NCBI GenBank assembly: GCA_963744995.1
Contig: CAVUWA010000009.1
Coordinates: 288,001 to 352,000, forward strand
Length of the DNA stretch: 64,000 nucleotides
Reading direction: 5' to 3'
Origin: Candidatus Eiseniibacteriota bacterium
Lineage (GTDB): Bacteria; Eisenbacteria; RBG-16-71-46
Part shown: piece after piece, positions 28,447 through 38,145 of the stretch
How positions within the stretch are numbered: position 1 is the first letter of the stretch
How the letters are laid out: each line of letters opens with the position of its first letter
The notes under the pieces: generated by a model
What the model saw: only the letters and a program-made list of their open reading frames with translations
What the model was told of the DNA's origin: nothing
The model's database searches: none
Translations under genes and position numbers: made by a program

Positions 28447-29468
28447 TGCGCTATCGCGACGCCGGGGTCGACATCGCCCGCGCCGACGCGGTGAAGGACG
28501 ACATCGGCCGCATCGTGCGCTCGACGTGGACGGACGCCGTGCATCCGCTGCCGGGCGGCTTCGCCGGCGTCATGCGCTGGCCGGGCGGCGAAACCGCGCC
28601 GCTGCTGGCGGCGACCATGGACGGGGTGGGCACCAAGCTGCACGTGGCGCTCGCCGCCGGCCGTGTGGAGGGCGCGGCGGCCGACCTGGTCTACCACGGC
28701 GCCAACGATCTGCTCGCGCACGGCGCCAGGCCGCTGGTGTTCCTCGACTACGTCGCGCAGGCGCGCCTCGATCCCACGGTGTTGCGCGACGTCGTCACCG
28801 GACTGGGACGGGCGTGCGCCGAGGTGGGCGCGGTGCTGATCGGCGGCGAGACCGCCGAGATGCCCGACACCTACGTGGCGGGCGTCGTCGACGTCGCCGG
28901 CTGCATGATCGGCAGCGTGGCGCCGGGGCGCGTGCTGGACGGGTCCGCGGTGCATGCGGGTGACGTGCTGCTGGGGCTCGCCGCCGCAGGGCTGCACACC
29001 AACGGTTTCTCGCTCGCGCGCCGCGTGGTGGCGCAGTCGGGGCTCGCGCCCGGCGATCCGCTGCCCGGCCTGGGCGTCACGGTCGCCGACGCGCTGCTCG
29101 CGCCGCATCGCTGGTACGGCCGCGCCGTGCTGCCGCTCGCCGAAGCCGGCCGCCTGCATGCCATCGCGCACGTCACCGGTGGAGGCCTCGCCGGCAATCT
29201 GCTGCGGGTGCTGCCCGAGGGGCTGCGGGCGGAGGTCGAAGCCGGCGCCTGGCCGGTGCCGCCGCTGTTCGCGTGGTTGTGCGAAGCCGGGCGGGTTCCG
29301 CTGGACGACGCGCGCCAGGCGCTCAACATGGGAATCGGACTGGTGCTGGTGGTGGACGGCGCCGAAGCCGCCGGGATCGAGGCCGCGCTGGCCGCGGCCG
29401 GCGAGACGGTGTGGCGGATCGGCGCCGTGAGCGAGGGCTCCCGCGAAGTGGTGTGGAACGGTTCCTGA
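28446..29468 (+). CDS. purM: phosphoribosylformylglycinamidine cyclo-ligase
   Basis: YRDAGVDI, DGVGTKL, GGETAEMP, GLHTNGFSL, HVTGGG, NMGIG; TGATG overlap with the HD-GYP gene. Confidence 0.95.
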   Translation: MRYRDAGVDIARADAVKDDIGRIVRSTWTDAVHPLPGGFAGVMRWPGGETAPLLAATMDGVGTKLHVALAAGRVEGAAADLVYHGANDLLAHGARPLVFLDYVAQARLDPTVLRDVVTGLGRACAEVGAVLIGGETAEMPDTYVAGVVDVAGCMIGSVAPGRVLDGSAVHAGDVLLGLAAAGLHTNGFSLARRVVAQSGLAPGDPLPGLGVTVADALLAPHRWYGRAVLPLAEAGRLHAIAHVTGGGLAGNLLRVLPEGLRAEVEAGAWPVPPLFAWLCEAGRVPLDDARQALNMGIGLVLVVDGAEAAGIEAALAAAGETVWRIGAVSEGSREVVWNGS

Positions 29469-29511
29469 CGCCCGGATCCGGGCGTGGGGTGTGGGGACGA
29501 GGAGGGGTGGC

Positions 29512-30534
29512 ATGGAACGGTGGAAGGTCGAAGGCGATCACGGCCCCGGGACGGGGGACATGCCGGAGCTCATCGGGCGCTCGCCCGCATGGCGTGAGGT
29601 GATGGGGCTGTTGCCGCGCGCGGCCGGCAGCGGACTTCCGGTGCTGGTGCTCGGTGAGACCGGAACGGGGAAGGAACTGGTGGCGCGGGCGATCCATCAC
29701 CTGAGCGCGCGGCGGCGCGCCGCGTTCGTCGCGCACAACTGCGGCGCGACCCCCGACAGCCTGATCGAGAGCGAACTGTTCGGTCATGCGCGTGGCGCGT
29801 TCACGGGCGCGGTCGCCGATCGCGCCGGACTGTTCGACGCGGCGCAGGCGGGGACGCTGTTCCTCGACGAGATCGGCGACGCCAGCGCGCTGCTGCAGAT
29901 GAAGCTGCTGCGCGTCCTTCAGGAAGGCGAGGCGCGGAGGGTGGGCGAGACGCGCACGCGGCAACTCGACGTCCGCATCGTCTCGGCCACCCACCGGCGG
30001 CTCGAAGAGGGACTCGAGCGCGGCGTGTTCCGCACCGACCTCTACTACCGCCTGAACGCGGTGCGGGTGCACCTGCCCGCGCTGCGCGAGCGCGGCGACG
30101 ACGTGCTGCGGCTCGCGCGCGCGTTCATGGCGCGCGCGGCAGCGGCGCGGGGCACGCCGCCTCCCGAGCCGGACGCCGCGCTGACAGCGCATCTGCGCGC
30201 CTATCCGTGGCCGGGCAACGTGCGTGAGCTGTGCAATGCGTGCGCCTACGCCGTGCACGTCGGCGGCGCGCTCGAGCGGGCCGGGCTCGAGCACTGGCCC
30301 GAGCCGGGGTTCGTGCCGGCCGCGGACCGCGCGGCGGGACTGCACGCGGAGACGCGGGCGCTCGAGGAACGGCGGCTGCGCGAGGCCCTGACACGCACGC
30401 GCGGCAACAAGACGCGCGCCGCGCGCGCCCTCGGACTGTCGCGGCAGGGGCTGCTCAAGAAACTGCGGCGCTACGGGTTGCACGAACGCGACGGCGTGGT
30501 CGAGATGCTTGACGGTCCGGGGACCCCTCCCTAG
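29512..30534 (+). CDS. sigma54-dependent enhancer-binding protein (AAA+ and Fis HTH, no sensory domain)
   Basis: GETGTGKE, ESELFGH, GAFTGA, LFLDEIG, WPGNVREL, GNKTRAARALGLSR; SD GAGGAGG before ATG 29512. Confidence 0.92.
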   Translation: MERWKVEGDHGPGTGDMPELIGRSPAWREVMGLLPRAAGSGLPVLVLGETGTGKELVARAIHHLSARRRAAFVAHNCGATPDSLIESELFGHARGAFTGAVADRAGLFDAAQAGTLFLDEIGDASALLQMKLLRVLQEGEARRVGETRTRQLDVRIVSATHRRLEEGLERGVFRTDLYYRLNAVRVHLPALRERGDDVLRLARAFMARAAAARGTPPPEPDAALTAHLRAYPWPGNVRELCNACAYAVHVGGALERAGLEHWPEPGFVPAADRAAGLHAETRALEERRLREALTRTRGNKTRAARALGLSRQGLLKKLRRYGLHERDGVVEMLDGPGTPP

Positions 30535-30537
30535 ACT
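30509..30537 (+). promoter_or_regulatory. sigma70-type promoter
   Basis: TTGACG (30509-30514), 17-nt spacer, TAGACT (30532-30537). Confidence 0.65.
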
Positions 30538-30561
30538 GCCGCGGCAACCCCATCCAGCGAG

Positions 30562-31581
30562 GTGCCTTTGGCGAAAAGGACGGTTCGTCTCGGACTCGTC
30601 GGCGTCGGCGCGGCCGCGCAGATCAATCACATTCCGGCCATCAAGAAATGCGAGGGCCTGGAACTCGTCGCCCTGTGCGATCGCGACCCGGAGAAGAGCG
30701 GGCGCGTCGCGCAGAAGTTCCAGATCGCGCGCAGCCACGACCGGTTCGAGGACATGCTGGCGGACGACCAGGTCGATGCGATCGACATCTGCACGCCGAA
30801 CTACCTGCACGCGCCGATGGCGGTCGCCGCGCTCGAGGCGGGGAAGCACGTCCTGTGCGAGCGGCCGTTCGCACGCAACGCGACCGAGGCCGAGGCGATG
30901 GTCAAGGCCTCGAAGAAAGCCGGCCGCACGCTCATGTGCGCCCTGCAGCACCGCTTCCGCGCCGACTCGCAGCTGCTCAAGACCTTCGTGCAGAAGGGCG
31001 ACCTCGGCGAGATCTACCACGTGAAGACGGGGTGGCTCCGGCAGAGAACCGAGTGGGAGTCGGAGCAGTGGCGGCGGCAGAAGCGCGAGTCCGGCGGCGG
31101 CGTCGTGCTGGACCTCGGCTTCCAGATGCTGGACCTCGCGCTCTGGATGCTCGGCAATCCGGGGGTCTCGTCGGTCACCGCGAGCCTGCACCGCTCGAAG
31201 AGGAACGAGGTCGAAGACAGCTCGACCGCCTTCCTGCGCCTCGACACCGGCGCGACGCTGACGCTCGAGGTCACGTGGGGCCTGCTGATGGAGAAGGACT
31301 TCGCCTACGTCAACTTCTACGGCGCGGGCGGCGCGGCCCTGTGGAACCCGCTGCGGATCCACAAGGGCATGCACGGCACGCTGGTGAACGTCACGCCGAC
31401 GCTCGAGGCGAAGAGCAATCAGTACAAGCATTCGATGGAGGCGCAGATCGCGCACTTCGGCGACGTCCTGCGCAAGGGCACGAAGCCGCTCGCCGGCGCC
31501 GAGGAGGCGCTGCCCGTGATGCAGCTGATGGACGCGATCTACAAGTCGGCGCAGTCGGGCAAGGAGGTCCGCCTCGGTTGA
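30562..31581 (+). CDS. Gfo/Idh/MocA family oxidoreductase (start 30562 or TTG 30568)
   Basis: GLVGVG, ICTPNYLH, GKHVLCERP, GGGVVLDLG. Confidence 0.9.
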   Translation: MPLAKRTVRLGLVGVGAAAQINHIPAIKKCEGLELVALCDRDPEKSGRVAQKFQIARSHDRFEDMLADDQVDAIDICTPNYLHAPMAVAALEAGKHVLCERPFARNATEAEAMVKASKKAGRTLMCALQHRFRADSQLLKTFVQKGDLGEIYHVKTGWLRQRTEWESEQWRRQKRESGGGVVLDLGFQMLDLALWMLGNPGVSSVTASLHRSKRNEVEDSSTAFLRLDTGATLTLEVTWGLLMEKDFAYVNFYGAGGAALWNPLRIHKGMHGTLVNVTPTLEAKSNQYKHSMEAQIAHFGDVLRKGTKPLAGAEEALPVMQLMDAIYKSAQSGKEVRLG

Positions 31582-33103
31582 CCGGTCGTCGCGCGGGCTG
31601 GCGCTCGCCGGAGGCGCGCTGCTCGGCGTCGCGTTCCTCAAAGGACCGTTCGGCTGGGCCGCCTGGATTGCGTTCGTCCCGCTCCTCGCGGGGCTCGAGC
31701 GGGCCGTGCGTGCCGGGGCCGGGGCGCGCCGCACCTTTCTGATCGGCTGGCTGTTCGGGCTGGCCGCCTTTCTCGTCGGCATGTACTGGATGCTGTTCCT
31801 CTCCGACGTGGCGATGGACGTGCCGGGCCTCAAGTATCCCGCGTGGCTCGTGGGCGCCGCCTACCTCGCGCTGTACCCGGGGCTCGCGACCCTGTGGGCC
31901 GGCTGGCTCGCGCGCCGCGGCGCCGTGCCGCTGGCGCTGGGGCTGCCATGCGCCTGGGTCGTCACCGAGGCGGTGCGCGGCTCGGGCGAGCTCGGCTTCC
32001 CCTGGTTCCAGGCCGGCTACAGCCAGCAGGCCTACGTGCCGCTGATCCAGATCGCGAGCGTCGGCGGAGTGGTGCTGGTGACGGCGTGGGTGCTCGCCCT
32101 GAACGCGCTGCTGTGGCGCGCGCTCGCAGGTGGGGCGCGCCGTCGCGCCGCGCTGGGCGCGCTGCTCGCGCTGCTCCTGCCGTTCGTCTGGGGGCAGCGT
32201 GTGCTCGACGCCGCACCGGCGGGCAGCGGTCCCACCGTCGCCCTCGTCCAGGGCGACGTCGCCGGCGAGATCAAGTGGTCGGGTCACCACCAGCAGCAGA
32301 TTCTCGATACGTTCCTCGCGCTCTCGCGCGGCGCGGTGCGCGATACGCCGCGGGTGGATCTGGTGATCTGGCCGGAGACCGCGACCGGCAGCTACCTCCG
32401 CAAGCAGCCGGAACAGGCGGTGGCCGTGGCCGCCTTCGTGCGCCGCACCGGCGTGCCGGTGTTCGCCGGCTTTGCGGACTTCGATTTCGACGCCGCAGGC
32501 GGCCGTCACTACTACAACGCGGCGGGCCTCTTCACCGCGACGGGTCCCGCGCCCGCGGTCTATGCCAAACGCCATCTGGTGCCGTTCGGCGAGCGGATGC
32601 CGTTCCAGCGCTTGTTCCCGGCACTCGGCAGGATCGAACTCGGGCAGGCCGAGTGGACGCCGGGCAGGGGTCAGGTGATGTTCGAGGCGGGCGGTGCGCC
32701 GTTCGGCGCGCTGATCTGCTTCGAGTCGATCTTCCCGCGGCTGGCGCGCGAGGACGTGCGCGCCGGCGCGCGCTGGCTCGTCAACATCACCAACGACGAG
32801 TGGTTCGGCAACAGCGCGGCGCTCTATCAGCATGCGGCGATGGCGCGCTTCCGGGCGATCGAGAACCACGTGCCGCTGGCGCGCTGTGCCAACACCGGGC
32901 TCACCGTGATGATCGACGCTTACGGGCGCATCACCGGACGGCTCCCGGTGTTCCGGCCGGGCGTGCTCGTGGCGGCCGTGCCCGTTCCGGGGCCGCGCAC
33001 GTGGTTCACGCGCATCGGGGACTGGCCGAGCGGCCTCGCGCTGCTCGCCGCGCTGGTGTGGAGTGCGCTCGCGCTGTTGACACGCAAAACGGCGCGTGAC
33101 TAG
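31578..33103 (+). CDS. lnt: apolipoprotein N-acyltransferase (apparent 1-nt deletion near the 5' end)
   Basis: GFPW, WPETA, KRHLVPFGE, LICFES, TNDEWF, ANTG; N-terminal TM segments extend upstream of the ORF-track start. Confidence 0.9.
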
Positions 33104-33106
33104 CAT
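33077..33106 (+). promoter_or_regulatory. sigma70-type promoter of asd
   Basis: TTGACA (33077-33082), 18-nt spacer, TAGCAT (33101-33106). Confidence 0.55.
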
Positions 33107-33177
33107 GCGGTTTCCGTATGTCGTCGAGTGACCCCGCGCTGGAGATCCGGTGCCGTGACGCCACCCCGAGGGGGCCG

Positions 33178-34203
33178 ATGAGCCATCGTCTGGTCGTGCT
33201 GGGAGCCACCGGGCTCGTCGGCCGGACGATGCTCGATCTGGTGGAGGCGCGCGGCTGGGACGTGGCGCGCCCGCGGCTCCTGGCCAGCGACCGGACGCCC
33301 GGCCGCACGCTGCCCTTCCGCGGCGCAGCGCTCCCGGTCGAGCCGGTGCACGCAGCGGCCTTCCAGGGCGCCACGCTGGCGCTGTTCGCCGGCGGCAACG
33401 ACGTGAGCCGGCGCTGGGCGCCGGTCGCGCGCGCGGCGGGCGCCGTGGTGATCGACAACAGCAGCGCGTTCCGCTACGACGACGCCGTGCCGCTGGTCGT
33501 GCCGGAGATCAACGAGCGCGAGCTGGCCTCGCGCCCCACGCTGATCGCCAACCCGAACTGTTCGACGATCGGCATCGTCATGGCGCTGGCGCCGCTCGCC
33601 GCCGGGCGCCGGCTCGAACGGATCTGGACGGCGACCTACCAGTCGGCGTCCGGCGCCGGCGCGGCGGCCCTCGAACGCCTGGAGCAGGGCGCCCGCGCCG
33701 CGCTCGCGGCGCCCGACTCGAAGCCGCCCGGACCGGTGCCGTTCGCTTTCAACGTCGTGCCGCGCATCGACCGCTTCGAGGCGAACGGGGCGACTCGCGA
33801 GGAGATGAAGATCGTCTGGGAGTGTCGCAAGATCCTCGGTCTGCCGGCGCTCGCGGTCTCGGCGACCGCGGTGCGGGTGCCGGTGCGCGTCGGCCACGCC
33901 GCGGCGGTGACGGCGTGGTTCGAACCGCCGGTGACCCCCGACGAGGCGCGCGCGGCATGGGCCGGCTTCCCGGGCCTCAGCGTCGTCGACGCGCCCGCGG
34001 ACGACCTGTTCCCGATGCCGCTCGACGCCGCGGGAATCGACGACGTGCTGGTCGGCCGCGCGCGCGTCGACACCGGCGACCCGCGCGCGCTGTCGTTCTT
34101 CACCGCATCCGACAACCTGCGCAAGGGCGCGGCTCTGAACGCGGTGCAGATCGGTGAGGCGTGGCTCGCGCGCTTCGCCGGCGCGGCGACGGAGGCGCGA
34201 TGA
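33178..34203 (+). CDS. asd: aspartate-semialdehyde dehydrogenase
   Basis: GATGLVG, IDNSSAFR, IANPNCST, TYQSASGAG, DNLRKGAALNAVQI; SD GAGGGGG before ATG 33178. Confidence 0.95.
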   Translation: MSHRLVVLGATGLVGRTMLDLVEARGWDVARPRLLASDRTPGRTLPFRGAALPVEPVHAAAFQGATLALFAGGNDVSRRWAPVARAAGAVVIDNSSAFRYDDAVPLVVPEINERELASRPTLIANPNCSTIGIVMALAPLAAGRRLERIWTATYQSASGAGAAALERLEQGARAALAAPDSKPPGPVPFAFNVVPRIDRFEANGATREEMKIVWECRKILGLPALAVSATAVRVPVRVGHAAAVTAWFEPPVTPDEARAAWAGFPGLSVVDAPADDLFPMPLDAAGIDDVLVGRARVDTGDPRALSFFTASDNLRKGAALNAVQIGEAWLARFAGAATEAR

Positions 34204-34952
34204 CGGCGGTGAGCGACGCCATCGGGGACACGGGGGAGGCCACCTCCCGGATCGCACCGCTGCTGCTGGGGGCGATGGTCGGCGCGCTGGTGGCCGGGCG
34301 CCTGGAGACCGGCGTGCTGATGCTGGCGATCGCCGCCGCCGCAGCGGTCGTCGCCGGGGCGGGGTGGCCCGGCCGCCGTTTCTGGACGGTGCTCGCGGGC
34401 GGCACCGGGGTCGCCGTGGTCCTCAACGCGTATCTGGTCGAGGGCACCCCGCTGCCGCTGCCTGCGCTGTTCGGGCGTGCCGCGACCGGCGAGGGCGCGG
34501 TGCTCGGCGTGCTGCTCGCGCTCCGGGTGTGGGGCGCGGCGGTCGCCGTCCACGGACTGAAGGCCGCGTGGCCGGGCGAGCGCGCCGCGGACGAGATCGC
34601 GGCCCGTCTGGCGCCGCTCGAACGCGTCGGCGTACCGGTCGCACGGTCGCGGGTGATCCTCGGGCTGGCGCTGCGCTTCGCGCCGCTGCTGGCCGAGGAG
34701 CTCTCGCGCGTGCGCGCGCTGCAGCGGTTGCGCGCGGGCGCGCCGGCCGGCGGCGCGCGCGCACGGCTCGTCCGCCTGCAGGCCGTGCTGGTACCGGCGC
34801 TGACGGGCGCGCTCGAGCGCGCCGAGCGCGTGGCGCTGGCGCTCGAGGCGAGGCACTATCGGATCCGGCCGGTGTCGGTGCCGGGAGCCCACCGCGGCTG
34901 GCAGGCGGCGGGGCTCGCCTGCGCGGCGGTCGCGCTGCTCTGGCGGGGCTGA
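34200..34952 (+). CDS. energy-coupling-factor transmembrane component (EcfT/CbiQ family)
   Basis: Hydrophobic N-half; LALRFAPLL..E...QRLR and LALEARHY coupling-helix motifs. Confidence 0.75.
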   Translation: MTAVSDAIGDTGEATSRIAPLLLGAMVGALVAGRLETGVLMLAIAAAAAVVAGAGWPGRRFWTVLAGGTGVAVVLNAYLVEGTPLPLPALFGRAATGEGAVLGVLLALRVWGAAVAVHGLKAAWPGERAADEIAARLAPLERVGVPVARSRVILGLALRFAPLLAEELSRVRALQRLRAGAPAGGARARLVRLQAVLVPALTGALERAERVALALEARHYRIRPVSVPGAHRGWQAAGLACAAVALLWRG

Positions 34953-35699
34953 GTGCGGCGGATCGCGCTGGTGGTGGCGTACGGCGGCGCGGCCTTCCAC
35001 GGCTGGCAGCGCCAGCCGGGATGGCGCACGGCGCAGGGCGTGCTGGATGCGGCGCTCGGCGAATTGCTCGGTGAGGAGGTACGAGTGACGGGGGCGGGCA
35101 GGACCGACAGGGGCGTGCACGCACGCGGGCAGGTGGCTTCGTTCGAGACGGCGGCGACGCTGCCGGCGCACGCGATCCCGCCACGGCTCGCCAAGCGGCT
35201 GCCCGCGGACCTGCGCGTGCGGGCGGCGCGCGAGGTCGACGCGGGCTTCGACGCCCGCCGCTCCGCCACCGGACGGCGCTACGCATACCGGCTGCTCCGT
35301 CGCGAAGACCTGTTCCTCGAACCGTTCGCGCTGCGGCCGCGCGGCCGCTGGGCGCCCGACGCCTGGCGATCGGCGACGGCCGCGCTCGAAGGCCGCCACG
35401 ATTTCACCTCGTTCGAGAGCGCGGGCAGCCCGCGCGAGTCGAAGGTGTGCCGGGTGATACGCGCCGACTGGTCGTGGTGGGAGGGCGGTGTCTGCCTCGA
35501 CATCGTGGCCGACCACTTTCTCTATCACATGGTCCGCAACATCGTCGGCACCGCGCTGTCGGTGGCACGCACCCCGGACCCGGCGGCCGCCATGCGCGAG
35601 GTGCTCGCCGCGCGCGACCGCGCCGCGGCGGGCCCGTGCGCGCCGCCCCACGGGCTGACGCTCGAAGAAGTGTTCTTTCCGGAAGGAGGTTCCGCGTGA
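34953..35699 (+). CDS. truA: tRNA pseudouridine(38-40) synthase
   Basis: FHGWQRQ, AGRTDRGVHA, GRHDFTSF, FLYHMVRNIVG. Confidence 0.95.
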   Translation: MRRIALVVAYGGAAFHGWQRQPGWRTAQGVLDAALGELLGEEVRVTGAGRTDRGVHARGQVASFETAATLPAHAIPPRLAKRLPADLRVRAAREVDAGFDARRSATGRRYAYRLLRREDLFLEPFALRPRGRWAPDAWRSATAALEGRHDFTSFESAGSPRESKVCRVIRADWSWWEGGVCLDIVADHFLYHMVRNIVGTALSVARTPDPAAAMREVLAARDRAAAGPCAPPHGLTLEEVFFPEGGSA

Positions 35700-36847
35700 A
35701 CCGTCGTTCGCGCCTTGCACTCGTTCTCGGTCCGGCGGCCATCGTGCTCGCCGTCGCGGCCGTACTCTCCCTGCGCGTCGTCCACAACGAAACGGCGGCG
35801 GACACCGGCGCCGCGATCTCCGGCTCGCGCCGCACCGCGATCGTGAGCGCGGCGCAGCGGGTGAGCCCGGCCGTCGTGTCGGTGAGCGTGGTGTCGACGC
35901 GCATCGTGCGCACGGATCCGTTCGGCGGCATGCTGCGCGACGAGTTCTGGGATCGCTTCTACCCGCCGACGGAATACCGCGAGCGGATCCCGAGTCTCGG
36001 CTCGGGGTTCATCGTCGATCCCGCGGGGCTGATCCTCACCAACGAGCACGTGATCCGTAACGCCGAGCAGATCACGGTGACGCTCACCGACGGGCGCCAG
36101 CTGCCGGGCAAGGTGCTGGGCAGCTCGCCGACCTACGACCTCGCCGTGATCAAGGTGGAGGGCAAGAACCTGCCCGTGGCCCCGCTCGGCGACAGTGAGG
36201 ATCTGGTGGTGGGCGAATGGGCGATCGCGATCGGCAGCCCGTTCGGCTACCTGCTGAACGACACGCAGCCGACCGTCACCGCCGGCGTGATCAGCGCGAC
36301 CCGTCGCGACATCAAGAACGACGCCACCGAGAGCGGCGTCTACAAGAACATGATCCAGACCGATGCGGCGATCAATCCGGGCAACAGCGGCGGGCCCCTC
36401 GTCAACGGCGACGGCCAGGTGATCGGGATCAACACCTTCATCTTCACGAGCGGCGGCGGCTCGCTCGGCATCGGTTTCGCGATCCCGATCAACCTGGCGC
36501 GCCAGGTGCTCGACGAGATCCGCCGGTACGGGCGGGTGCGCACCGCGTGGGTGGGCATGCAGGTCCAGCCGGTGACGCCGTTCCTCGCCCGGCGGCTCGG
36601 CTTCAAGGACCTGGGCGGGCTGGTGGTGTCGCGCGTGGATCGGGGCGGGCCGGCCGAGAAGGCGGGCATCCGCGTCACCGACCGCATCCGCAGCGTGAAC
36701 GGCAGCGAGGTGCGCAACGTGGACGACGCCCAACGCAGCATCTACGGCGCCCGCGTCGGCGACCGGCTGACGTTCGGGATCGAGCGCGACGGCAAGCGCC
36801 TCGAGCGCACGGTGACCCTGCTGGAAGCGCCGGGAGACCGCCCGTGA
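35696..36847 (+). CDS. HtrA/DegP-like serine protease with one PDZ domain
   Basis: N-terminal TM; GSGFI, TNEHV, YDLAV, IQTDAAINPGNSGGPL; SD AAGGAGGT. Confidence 0.93.
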   Translation: MNRRSRLALVLGPAAIVLAVAAVLSLRVVHNETAADTGAAISGSRRTAIVSAAQRVSPAVVSVSVVSTRIVRTDPFGGMLRDEFWDRFYPPTEYRERIPSLGSGFIVDPAGLILTNEHVIRNAEQITVTLTDGRQLPGKVLGSSPTYDLAVIKVEGKNLPVAPLGDSEDLVVGEWAIAIGSPFGYLLNDTQPTVTAGVISATRRDIKNDATESGVYKNMIQTDAAINPGNSGGPLVNGDGQVIGINTFIFTSGGGSLGIGFAIPINLARQVLDEIRRYGRVRTAWVGMQVQPVTPFLARRLGFKDLGGLVVSRVDRGGPAEKAGIRVTDRIRSVNGSEVRNVDDAQRSIYGARVGDRLTFGIERDGKRLERTVTLLEAPGDRP

Positions 36848-38145
36848 TCGAACGTTACGGCCATCCGCGCATGCGTGCGATCTGGAGCGACGCGCACCGC
36901 CTGGCGATCTGGCTCGACGTCGAGCTGGCGGCCACCGAGGCCCGCGAGGCCGAGGGCCAGGTGCCGGCGGGCACCGCCCGGGCGATCCGCGCGCAGGCGC
37001 GCATCGACGTCGCGCGGATGGACGCGATCGAGGCGGAGGTGCACCACGACGTCATCGCGTTCCTGTCCATGATCGCCGAGAGCGGCGGCGAGGGCTGCCG
37101 CCACCTGCATGCCGGGCTCACTTCCTCGGACCTGGTGGACACCGCGCTGGCCGTGCAGATCGCCGAGGCCGGCGCGGTGCTGCGCGAGAGCCTCGCCGGA
37201 CTCCGGCGACGGGCCCATGCGCTCGCGGTCGCGCACCGCATGACGCCGATGGTGGGACGCACGCACGGGGTGCATGCCGAGCCCATCACGTTCGGGCTCA
37301 AGTGCCTGATCTGGAGCGAGACGCTCGGCCGCGACCTCGTGCGGCTCGACGCCGCACTGGCCGGCGTCGCCGTCGGCAAGCTCTCGGGTGCGGTGGGCAC
37401 CTTCGCGCATCTCACCCCGGCGATCGAGGCGCACGCGCTCGCCGTGCTCGGCCTCGCCGCCGAGCCGGTGGCGAACCAGATCGTGCAGCGCGACCGCCAC
37501 GCCGCGCTGCTGGGCGCGCTGGCCGTGGCCGGCGGCACGATGGACCGCATCGCGCTCGAGATCCGCCACCTGCAGCGCACCGAGGTGGGCGAGGCCGGCG
37601 AGCCGTTCAGCGAACAGCAGAAGGGCTCCTCGGCGATGCCGCACAAGCGCAATCCGGTGCGCTGCGAGCGGGTCTGCGGGCTGGCCCGGCTGCTGCGCGG
37701 CTACGCGCAGGCGGCGTTCGAGAACCAGGCGCTGTGGCACGAACGCGACATCAGTCATTCGTCGGTCGAGCGCGTGATCCTGCCCGATGCTTTCCTCGCC
37801 GCCGATTTCATGGCGCGCGAGATGGACGACGTGCTGGGCGGTCTGCGCGTGGATCCGGCACGCATGCGGCGCAATCTCGAGGCCGGCGGCGGCCTGGTGT
37901 TCTCGCAGCGCGTGCTGCTCGCGCTGACCGACGCGGGACTGCCGCGCGACGACGCCTACCGCATCGTGCAGCGCCACGCGCTGGCCGCGGCGGACGGCGA
38001 CGGCGCGTTCCGCCAGCGGCTCGAGGCCGACCCCGAGGTGCGCGAGCGGCTCGATCAGGCGGCGCTCGCGACCTGCTTCGATCTGGCGCCGTACTTCAGG
38101 CACGTGGACGATCTGTTCGCGCGCGCGCAGGTCCCGGCGTCGTGA
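36844..38145 (+). CDS. purB: adenylosuccinate lyase
   Basis: MIERY, HHDVIAF, GLTSSD, GRTHGVHAEP, GSSAMPHKRNP, LWHERDISHSS. Confidence 0.96.
   Translation: MIERYGHPRMRAIWSDAHRLAIWLDVELAATEAREAEGQVPAGTARAIRAQARIDVARMDAIEAEVHHDVIAFLSMIAESGGEGCRHLHAGLTSSDLVDTALAVQIAEAGAVLRESLAGLRRRAHALAVAHRMTPMVGRTHGVHAEPITFGLKCLIWSETLGRDLVRLDAALAGVAVGKLSGAVGTFAHLTPAIEAHALAVLGLAAEPVANQIVQRDRHAALLGALAVAGGTMDRIALEIRHLQRTEVGEAGEPFSEQQKGSSAMPHKRNPVRCERVCGLARLLRGYAQAAFENQALWHERDISHSSVERVILPDAFLAADFMAREMDDVLGGLRVDPARMRRNLEAGGGLVFSQRVLLALTDAGLPRDDAYRIVQRHALAAADGDGAFRQRLEADPEVRERLDQAALATCFDLAPYFRHVDDLFARAQVPAS

Noticed and set aside
37302..38141. Long N-terminal extensions in the ORF track (purL here; also purE, glyA, cca, purM, purB, purF, lolE, lpxA, lpxB, waaA)
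   Set aside because: They overlap the upstream gene; the real starts are at stop/start overlaps or next to SD sites.
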